A stretch of 41,199 nucleotides of DNA from an uncultured Mycoplasmatota bacterium (lineage in GTDB: Bacteria; Bacillota_I; Bacilli_A; RF39; UBA660). The notes beneath the pieces are model-generated. The model saw only the letters and a list, made by a program, of their open reading frames with translations, did not search any database and had not been told where the DNA came from. Numbering within the stretch: position 1 is the stretch's first letter; each line of letters starts with the position of its first letter. Location: the NCBI GenBank assembly GCA_946530475.1, contig CAMNAC010000002.1, positions 1-41,199 on the forward strand, given 5' to 3'. The position numbers and the translations under genes were made by a program. Of the stretch, positions 28,667 through 35,527 are shown piece by piece.

Positions 28667-28782
28667 CGTTATTCTTGTCTTTTATTTCTTTTTGTGTTAT
28701 GATTAATATGCAAAGGAAACTTGCATATAATAAAAATGGAACACTTAATTCGTCAATGTTGAGTGTTGCCATACAATGGTGT

Positions 28783-28810
28783 TCACCTAATTCATTGCTG
28801 AGTTAGGTGA
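28783..28810 (-). other. Stem-loop directly after the 27-aa ORF
   Basis: TCACCTAA-12 nt-TTAGGTGA: a perfect 8-bp inverted repeat with no U-run. Confidence 0.5.
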
Positions 28811-28818
28811 TTTTCTTT

Positions 28819-28902
28819 TCATATCAATACTACAAATAGTAATAATACTAATAGGAAGATAAGTATGATTAATGAAAAGATTAATAAATCCTTCTTAAAC
28901 AT
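28819..28902 (-). CDS. 27-aa hydrophobic peptide
   Basis: Not in the ORF track. RBS GGAGG 7 nt before the ATG. Product: MFKKDLLIFSLIILIFLLVLLLFVVLI. A consensus promoter lies upstream. Confidence 0.4.
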   Translation of the reverse strand: MFKKDLLIFSLIILIFLLVLLLFVVLI

Positions 28903-28964
28903 ATTATCGCCTCCTTCCCTTTCAAGAATTTGGCAATCACCCAACTATTAAATGTTCCATGTTC

Positions 28965-28993
28965 ATTATACCAAACATATATTCGCATATCAA
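28965..28993 (-). promoter_or_regulatory. Near-consensus sigma-A promoter for the 27-aa ORF
   Basis: Minus strand TTGATA-17 nt-TATAAT with extended TGn. Confidence 0.55.
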
Positions 28994-29021
28994 TATTATG
29001 TGTTTTTTTAACAAAAAAAGA

Positions 29022-30260
29022 CTAGCTTGTAATCTTTTTCTTAAGCCAGTCTTTTCCTTCTACAATTCTTGTTATCATCATCGTTACTGCAGGATTTCCT
29101 ACTACATTCAAAGCAGTTGCTGGAGCATCTATAATCATCCCTATTGTCGCAATAATACCAAATGCTCCTGCTGGAAAATTATATAGACTCACAATGAGCA
29201 TCTCTCCTATGAGTCCTCCTCCTGGAATTCCACTCATTACAACACCCGATAATACGGCAATAAAAAGTGCGGTAAAATAAGTTCCTATTCCAGAAAAATC
29301 TCTTCCAAAAACAGTAAATAAAAATGCAATTTTTAGAATAGAACCTAATACACTTCCGTGCATATTCATAGTAGAACCGATTGGAAGAGATACTTCTCTA
29401 ATATCTTTTGGAATGCCCATATTTTTTGCTGCTTCTAAATTGGTTGGAAGAGTTGCAAGAGAACTTTGCGTAGCAAGTGCGGTTGCTGTCGGTGGTAAAA
29501 TGTTTTGATAAAATGTTTTGACTCCTTCTTTTTTACCAGATAAATAGGCATATAAGGTATAAAAAATTAGATAATAAAAGACTCCAACTATACAATAAAG
29601 AAGGAAACTTCTTGCATAACTTTCCATTAGATTAGGTCCAAATTCTCCTACTAATGCTGCAAAATAACCACATAGACCAATTGGTGCGTAATACATGATA
29701 AAAGAAACAATTTTCATCATGATTTTAGATCCACTATTTAAAAAATGAGAAACTGTTTTTCCTTCTTCTTTTAACATGCTAGTTCCTAACCCAAAAAGAA
29801 TTGAAAATAAAATAAGTGGCAACATATGACTACGGGATAAGATAGAACTAAAATCATTTACAGTAATTGCTTCTACAATGCGTTCTCCTATACTGATTTG
29901 TTCTATTTTCTCACCTGCTTCTATCAAAATACTTGCACTTCCTACTGGGTCAATTGTTTTAACTGAGAAAAGCATAAAAATCGCGGCTATCAAACTCGTT
30001 ATGAAAAAGACGCCTAACATCACTCCTAGTAGTTTCCCTAGTCTTTTTAAATCAATCATGGAAGAAACAGAGGATGCAATTGTAAAAAAGACAAGAGGAA
30101 CTACAATTGTAAACATTAAATTTAGAAAAATATCACCAAATGGTTTCAATACTTTTGCATCTTCTTTTAAAAGAAGTCCTAAAATCGTACCGATTACAAT
30201 AGATAAAAAAAGCAGAATAGTCATTCGGTATTGTTTCCAAATTAATTTCCATTTACTCAT
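29022..30260 (-). CDS. Dicarboxylate/amino acid:cation symporter (DAACS family)
   Basis: 412 aa with the typical N-terminal helix pattern and the GSTMNMHG and IIDAPATALNVVGN reentrant-loop regions. Confidence 0.88.
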   Translation of the reverse strand: MSKWKLIWKQYRMTILLFLSIVIGTILGLLLKEDAKVLKPFGDIFLNLMFTIVVPLVFFTIASSVSSMIDLKRLGKLLGVMLGVFFITSLIAAIFMLFSVKTIDPVGSASILIEAGEKIEQISIGERIVEAITVNDFSSILSRSHMLPLILFSILFGLGTSMLKEEGKTVSHFLNSGSKIMMKIVSFIMYYAPIGLCGYFAALVGEFGPNLMESYARSFLLYCIVGVFYYLIFYTLYAYLSGKKEGVKTFYQNILPPTATALATQSSLATLPTNLEAAKNMGIPKDIREVSLPIGSTMNMHGSVLGSILKIAFLFTVFGRDFSGIGTYFTALFIAVLSGVVMSGIPGGGLIGEMLIVSLYNFPAGAFGIIATIGMIIDAPATALNVVGNPAVTMMITRIVEGKDWLKKKITS

Positions 30261-30306
30261 TTAAAAACCTCCTACTTTTATTTATGTAGAAGGTTGTCAT
30301 TTTATG

Positions 30307-31419
30307 TTAACGAATTCTTAATTTTTGAATTTCTTCTTTTAAAACTTGAATAAAAGATTCACATTCTTCTTTTGTAGTTAAATAAGATAAACTAATTCTT
30401 AAACTACTACTTGCTTTACTAGAGTCTTTGGTAATGGTATAAACAGGTAATGATTCTTTTCCTGTCGCACATGCACTTTGCGTAGAAATATAAATCTCAT
30501 GTTCCTCTAGTGCATGTAAAAGAGTTTCTGGTTTAATTCCTTTCACACTGATATTCAAAATATGAGGAATGGAAGTATCTGGACTATTAATCGAAACCCC
30601 ATCTATCTTTTTTAACTCTTCTCTTAAATAAGAATTGAGTTTAGAAACCTTACTTTGATCTTTTTCAAAGATGAGTCTTAATGCTTTAGACATCGAGGCT
30701 ATTAAAGGAAGTGCTGGTGTACCACTTCGATACTTCGTGGTACTTTTTCCTCCTTGAATCAAAGGAAGTAACTCAATTCCTTCTTTTTTGATTAAGACTC
30801 CTATCCCTTTAGGGCCATAAAACTTATGAGCAGAAAGACTTGCTAAATCAACATATTTCAATGGAACATCCACTTTTCCAATACTTTGTGTTAAATCTAC
30901 ATGGAAAAAACATTTTGGATAGTTTTTTAAAACCTTTCCTATTTCATCAATTGGTTGTAGGATCCCAAGTTCACTAGATACACTTGCTAAAGTAACCAGA
31001 ATCGTATCTTTTCTTATTTGTTTTTGAAAAGCGTCTAAATCAACGGTTCCGTCTTCTTTTAAAGCAATATATTCAATTTCAAACCCTAACGTTTTTAAAT
31101 AGTTTAGGGGTTCTACAATACTAGAATGTTCAAAAGGCGTTGTTAAAATATGTTTTCCTCTATTTTGATAAGAAAATGCAATCCCTTTGATTGCGGTATT
31201 GTTCGATTCCGATGCTCCACTCGTATAAATAATCTCTGATGGCTTTACTTGTAACAAATCAGCTATTTGTTTGGTAGCAGATTCTTCTAACTTTTTACTT
31301 TCGACCCCTAATTTATGTAGGGAATTACTATTTCCAATATAGTTTTTGGATACTTTTACATAAGTATCTAATACTTCTTCTAGAATTGGTGTTGTCGCAC
31401 TGTAATCTAGATAAATCAT
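30307..31419 (-). CDS. Cysteine desulfurase (class V aminotransferase, NifS/IscS-like)
   Basis: 370 aa with the PLP lysine motif SAHKFYGPKGIGVL and the active-site loop SACATG. Confidence 0.88.
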   Translation of the reverse strand: MIYLDYSATTPILEEVLDTYVKVSKNYIGNSNSLHKLGVESKKLEESATKQIADLLQVKPSEIIYTSGASESNNTAIKGIAFSYQNRGKHILTTPFEHSSIVEPLNYLKTLGFEIEYIALKEDGTVDLDAFQKQIRKDTILVTLASVSSELGILQPIDEIGKVLKNYPKCFFHVDLTQSIGKVDVPLKYVDLASLSAHKFYGPKGIGVLIKKEGIELLPLIQGGKSTTKYRSGTPALPLIASMSKALRLIFEKDQSKVSKLNSYLREELKKIDGVSINSPDTSIPHILNISVKGIKPETLLHALEEHEIYISTQSACATGKESLPVYTITKDSSKASSSLRISLSYLTTKEECESFIQVLKEEIQKLRIR

Positions 31420-31428
31420 ATGATCACC

Positions 31429-32040
31429 TCATGATTCTATTTGAATTCCTAAAAATCTGGATAATTCAATTGCTTGATAAGGAGTTACAATACATCCCTT
31501 TAATTCTGGACCGGATACTTTTATTCCATCGATTTCACAAGTCCTAAAATCAATTCCTTTTAAAAGTGTATGAACAAATTCAATGTTTTGACATTTAGAA
31601 TATGAAAAAGTAATTTTCTTCATTTCACAATCATTGAAATAACTGTTTTGTAAATCACTGTGTTCAAAGGTAATTTGTTTTAACCTAGCTCCTGAAAAAT
31701 TTCCGTATTGCAGGGCGCAATTATCAAATTGTGTATTTTGTAAAGAAGAAGATGCAAAGTCAGATCCTATTAGCTTACAATCTTTAAATGTAACTTTTTC
31801 CATAAAAGATTCACTAAAATCAAAGTTGGATAAATCACAATGAATAAACGTAACATTTCTTAATGTTACATGTTCTGCTAAAACATTTTCAAATACAATG
31901 TTAGAAAAAGAACAATTTTTCCATTCTTTGTCTTTGCATACAACATTTTTTAATGACTCATTTTCAAAAATAAGCCCATTCCAATCTTCTTCAAAATCCA
32001 CTTCACGAAATAAAACATTTTTACAATATCCAGTTTTCAT
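31429..32040 (-). CDS. Qnr-like pentapeptide repeat protein
   Basis: ATG at 32038-32040 with RBS GGGGAG. 203 aa of A(D/N)LxX repeats. The C-terminal LKGCIVTPYQAIELSRFLGIQI resembles the Qnr/EfsQnr terminus (from memory). Confidence 0.7.
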   Translation of the reverse strand: MKTGYCKNVLFREVDFEEDWNGLIFENESLKNVVCKDKEWKNCSFSNIVFENVLAEHVTLRNVTFIHCDLSNFDFSESFMEKVTFKDCKLIGSDFASSSLQNTQFDNCALQYGNFSGARLKQITFEHSDLQNSYFNDCEMKKITFSYSKCQNIEFVHTLLKGIDFRTCEIDGIKVSGPELKGCIVTPYQAIELSRFLGIQIES

Positions 32041-32082
32041 AATTCTCCCCTTCTTTTCAAAAAAAAGCGACAAAAAGTCGTA

Positions 32083-32508
32083 TTATTTCCATCTGTTCTT
32101 TTTTAAATATTTTACGATAGGACAATTCTGTGCTTTTATTTTTTCATCATAGTTTCTTACTTCATCTGCTTTTCTATGAACCAAATGTAATATATAATCC
32201 TTGGAATAACCTAAATTACGATAATCTTCAAGTGTTCCATTTAAAAGTAAATAAAGAAGATCGGATTCAAAATAATCTAATTCTGAATTTAAAACCATTA
32301 ATTCTCTTAACTTTTGTTCTAAAACTTTTCTTTTCTTTGGGAAATAAGAATTGCTGATCATTTGATATTCAAAGTTTTTTTGTTTTAACTTATTTTGATA
32401 GCGATTTAACACCTCTGATTGATAAGATTTTCCTATCTTATTTTTAAAATGCTTTTTGCGGTATTTTTCATCCAATACCAATGATACAAAATGCGTTTTT
32501 TCCTTCAT
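32083..32508 (-). CDS. Hypothetical basic protein (141 aa)
   Basis: ORF with RBS AAAGGTGA and a consensus promoter upstream. No family recognised. Confidence 0.6.
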   Translation of the reverse strand: MKEKTHFVSLVLDEKYRKKHFKNKIGKSYQSEVLNRYQNKLKQKNFEYQMISNSYFPKKRKVLEQKLRELMVLNSELDYFESDLLYLLLNGTLEDYRNLGYSKDYILHLVHRKADEVRNYDEKIKAQNCPIVKYLKKNRWK

Positions 32509-32526
32509 AAGATCACCTTTTCATAA

Positions 32527-32555
32527 ATTCTAACATACCTCTTATAAAATGTCAA
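32527..32555 (-). promoter_or_regulatory. Consensus sigma-A promoter for the 141-aa ORF / Qnr-like / desulfurase unit
   Basis: Minus strand TTGACA-17 nt-TAGAAT with extended TGn. Confidence 0.55.
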
Positions 32556-33085
32556 AAATTCTTATTTAAAATAGCTAATGTTTCTTTTACTGTAGTCGTT
32601 ACTTGATAACATTCTTTTACCTTTTTGGAAGTAAATCCTTCTTCATAGTTCTTTTCTAAAAAAGTGAGCAAAGAATCATAATAATGATTCAAATTATAAA
32701 TGATAATTGGTTTATCAAATTCTTTATTTCGTTTTCGATCGATTGCAGAAAAAAGTTCTACAAAAGTTCCCATTCCACCTGGTAAAAACAGTAAAACATC
32801 AGATTCCTCTTCTAGTTTTTGAGTACGTTCTAAGATGGTTGGAACAGAGTATTCTTTGGTACAATCCAACTCTTTCAAATCCTCTTTCCACATATCCGTA
32901 CAAATACCAATGATCCTTTTTTGATTCTTTTTGGCTTCTTCATAAGCAATCCCCATAATACCAGAAGAACTAGCTCCAAATACTAAATCATGTGTTTGAA
33001 ATACTTCTTTTAATAATGCTCTACAATCTGATAAATAAGGCTCACAAATAGAATTGCTTGATCCACATCCTACAAATAGTTTCAT
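32552..33085 (-). CDS. LOG family protein (TIGR00730 Rossmann fold nucleotide-binding)
   Basis: 177 aa with the PGGMGTFVELFSAI motif. Confidence 0.85.
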   Translation of the reverse strand: MKLFVGCGSSNSICEPYLSDCRALLKEVFQTHDLVFGASSSGIMGIAYEEAKKNQKRIIGICTDMWKEDLKELDCTKEYSVPTILERTQKLEEESDVLLFLPGGMGTFVELFSAIDRKRNKEFDKPIIIYNLNHYYDSLLTFLEKNYEEGFTSKKVKECYQVTTTVKETLAILNKNF

Positions 33086-33111
33086 ACTACCACCATCTTC
33101 ATTGTATCACA

Positions 33112-34719
33112 TTATTTTTTCCTTGTATTCAATTTTTGATAATGTTCGACAGTTTTTCTATCATAATAAGATAGTATACCAGAGGGAAGTGTTAATGTTC
33201 TTTCTATTCCAAGATAATCTACAAATTCTGGATTATGAGAAACAACTAACATCGTTCCTTCAAATGTTTGAAAAACATGTGCAATCATCTTTTGTGTTTC
33301 TGGATCCAAATGATTGGTTGGTTCATCTAGTACTAAGAAATTAGCTCCTTTTAAAGATAATTTTGCTAAAGCAATTCTACTTCTTTCCCCAGGAGATAAA
33401 ACAGAAACTTTTTTAAACACATCATCTCCAAAAAATAAAAAATGGCCTAAATAATTTCTTAATTGATGATCATTCAAATCAAATTCTTCAAAATTTTGCA
33501 TAATGTTTTGATCTAAACTAAGCCCCTCATGTTCTTGTGCATAATATCCAATATCCGTTTTAGGGCCTAACTTTATTTCACCAGAATCTGGTTTTAATAG
33601 ACCAACAATTAACTTTAGTAGCGTACTTTTACCAACTCCATTTTCTCCCATAATTAAGAATTTTTCTCCTCTTGGAAGATCAAAACTCAAATTTTGAAAT
33701 AATGGTTCTGTGTATCCAAAAGAAACATGATTCACTCGTAAAGGAAACAAATTCCCTTCCCGGTTCATATTAAGTTTCATATTGGATAGTTTTCCTTTTC
33801 TTACTTCTTTTACACTTTCTTTGTTTAATTTTTCTAATTTCTTTTCTCTATCTTTTACCATTTGTTTTCTTTTCCCAGAGGAAGAAGAATACTTATTGAT
33901 AAAGTCTTCTAGTTTTTCTCTTTCTTTTTGTTCTTTTTCAAATAAACGCATTTGATTTTCTTCTTGCTCTTTTAATTGCTTTTGAAATGAATGATAATCT
34001 CCTTCATATAACTCCATTTGATGAGTTCTTTTATCAAGATATAAAATCATATGAATTATTTCATTTAAAAAAGAAATATCATGAGATATGACATAAACAC
34101 TTCCTTTATAGTTCTTTAAATAATTGATTACATAATCTCTTGTACTACTATCCAAGTGATTCGTTGGTTCATCCAACAATAAGATTTCAGGTTTTTCATA
34201 AAGAATTTTCGCAAAAGCAACTTTTGATTTTTCTCCTCCAGAGCACTCCATAAGAGTGTTATCAAGTAGTTCTTCTAAATGCATTCCATCAATTATTTTT
34301 AAAAGTTCGGATTCTGCTTCATAAATACCCCAATATTCTAATTCTCTTTGCGTTTTATCAATTTCTTTATAGAGTTTTTTTTGTTCTTTTAAATTCTCTT
34401 CTATCCCAACTTTATCATATAAATCTTGAAGCTTTTTTTCTAATTTCTTAATAGGTCTTCCTTCTAGTAAATAATCAAATACAGTCATATTATCTTTTTC
34501 AACTTCAATTATTTGAGGTAAGAATCCAACTCTTTCTTTATCTAGCTGAATCCTCCCAGAATCAGGCTCTAATTCACCCATCAAAATTTTAAAAAAGGTT
34601 GTTTTTCCTGCGCCATTGACTCCAACAATCCCAACCTTTTCTTTTTTGGGAATCCATACATTTACGTCATTAAAAATCACTTGTGTTCCAAAAGATAGAT
34701 TTAAATGATCTAATTTCAT
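33112..34719 (-). CDS. ABC-F family ATPase (translation/ribosome-associated, YbiT/YkpA-size)
   Basis: 535 aa. Two NBDs (GVNGAGKTT, GENGVGKST; signatures SGGEKSK, SPGERSR) joined by a charged linker, with no TM domain. Confidence 0.9.
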   Translation of the reverse strand: MKLDHLNLSFGTQVIFNDVNVWIPKKEKVGIVGVNGAGKTTFFKILMGELEPDSGRIQLDKERVGFLPQIIEVEKDNMTVFDYLLEGRPIKKLEKKLQDLYDKVGIEENLKEQKKLYKEIDKTQRELEYWGIYEAESELLKIIDGMHLEELLDNTLMECSGGEKSKVAFAKILYEKPEILLLDEPTNHLDSSTRDYVINYLKNYKGSVYVISHDISFLNEIIHMILYLDKRTHQMELYEGDYHSFQKQLKEQEENQMRLFEKEQKEREKLEDFINKYSSSSGKRKQMVKDREKKLEKLNKESVKEVRKGKLSNMKLNMNREGNLFPLRVNHVSFGYTEPLFQNLSFDLPRGEKFLIMGENGVGKSTLLKLIVGLLKPDSGEIKLGPKTDIGYYAQEHEGLSLDQNIMQNFEEFDLNDHQLRNYLGHFLFFGDDVFKKVSVLSPGERSRIALAKLSLKGANFLVLDEPTNHLDPETQKMIAHVFQTFEGTMLVVSHNPEFVDYLGIERTLTLPSGILSYYDRKTVEHYQKLNTRKK

Positions 34720-34729
34720 AATATTCTCC

Positions 34730-35317
34730 TTAGAAACGTTTTTTCACAAGTTTTTTTTCTTGTTCTTCTTCTACAAGTTCTGTAATACAGGAAATATGTT
34801 CCATCAATTCTTCTTTTGAAAGTTCCTTTGCATTTCCAGTTACTTTTAAAATACGTATTTCATCTTCTTTTCCATAATCAAAATAAATAGATCCACTGAT
34901 TTCATCTTCTTTTGATTGAAAGTCAATTCGATTTGCCATTTCTAATTCCACTTGATGATTTACATTCATTTTAAAAGCATGAAATGGTGTCGGATTTTTT
35001 CGATATTCTTCCTCTTCTTCTTTCGTCAATAAAGAAAGTGTCTCATCTTTTTTTAAGTCATATAAAATAGAATCTTTATTCTTGATATAATGAAATAGCA
35101 TCTGTGTTTCTGCAATGACATTATAGATGGGAATCAATGACATCAATTTATGTTTTTCAATATGAGTAGGTTCTGTTTCTTTTGCCATATTAGAAGCTTC
35201 TTCTAATTCTACTTTATATCCAGCGTTTGCAAGATCATGGTAGAGTTTTAATTCTCTCATAAGTCTAATTCCAGTAGAAAGAATCAAAGATTGTATCCAA
35301 AAAATCAAAAATTTCAT
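34730..35317 (-). CDS. Hypothetical N-terminally anchored protein (195 aa)
   Basis: ATG at 35315-35317 with RBS AAGGAGG. One N-terminal hydrophobic helix, then an acidic domain. Ends 10 nt upstream of the ABC-F gene. Confidence 0.6.
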   Translation of the reverse strand: MKFLIFWIQSLILSTGIRLMRELKLYHDLANAGYKVELEEASNMAKETEPTHIEKHKLMSLIPIYNVIAETQMLFHYIKNKDSILYDLKKDETLSLLTKEEEEEYRKNPTPFHAFKMNVNHQVELEMANRIDFQSKEDEISGSIYFDYGKEDEIRILKVTGNAKELSKEELMEHISCITELVEEEQEKKLVKKRF

Positions 35318-35334
35318 AAATTCCTCCTTGATAG

Positions 35335-35357
35335 AAAAAAGCAATCATCGATTGCTT
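35335..35357 (-). terminator. Rho-independent terminator after the tRNA-Thr-like gene
   Basis: Minus strand AAGCAATC-GAT-GATTGCTT followed by TTTT. Confidence 0.65.
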
Positions 35358-35367
35358 CTTTTTTAAA

Positions 35368-35441
35368 TGGTGCTGACACTGTGAATCGGACACAGGTTAA
35401 AGCCTTACCATGGCCTCGTAATACCATTATACTATGCCAGC
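35368..35441 (-). tRNA. tRNA-Thr(GGU)-like gene with a non-canonical T-loop
   Basis: Hand-folded cloverleaf: GCTGGCA TA GTAT AATGGTA TTAC G AGGCC ATGGTAA GGCTT TAAC CTGTG TCCGATT CACAG TGTCAGC A CCA. Position 55 is C rather than the conserved U. Confidence 0.6.
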
Positions 35442-35468
35442 ATTTCAACATTTCACCACTTCTCTTAC

Positions 35469-35497
35469 ATTCTACCATAAGAAAGAATTCTTATCAA
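35469..35497 (-). promoter_or_regulatory. Sigma-A promoter of the tRNA-Thr-like gene
   Basis: Minus strand TTGATA-17 nt-TAGAAT with extended TGn, about 28 nt upstream of the mature 5' end. Confidence 0.55.
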
Positions 35498-35498
35498 G

Positions 35499-35525
35499 AA
35501 AAAACTACTTCTTTTTCAGAAATAG
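35499..35525 (-). terminator. Rho-independent terminator after the 539-aa ORF
   Basis: Minus strand CTATTTCT-GAAAA-AGAAGTAG (one G-U pair) followed by TTTTTT. Confidence 0.55.
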
Positions 35526-35527
35526 TT

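Noticed and set aside
28593-28772. 60-codon N-terminal extension of sigG in the ORF track
   Set aside because: It contains a strong rho-independent terminator. The SigG-homologous sequence begins exactly at the RBS-supported ATG at 28590-28592.
32552-33085. LOG/SLOG protein as a nucleotide-sensing defence component
   Set aside because: Its size (177 aa) and its PGGxGTxxE motif fit the ordinary housekeeping TIGR00730/LOG family. It is co-transcribed with a core ABC-F gene, and no effector domain is attached.
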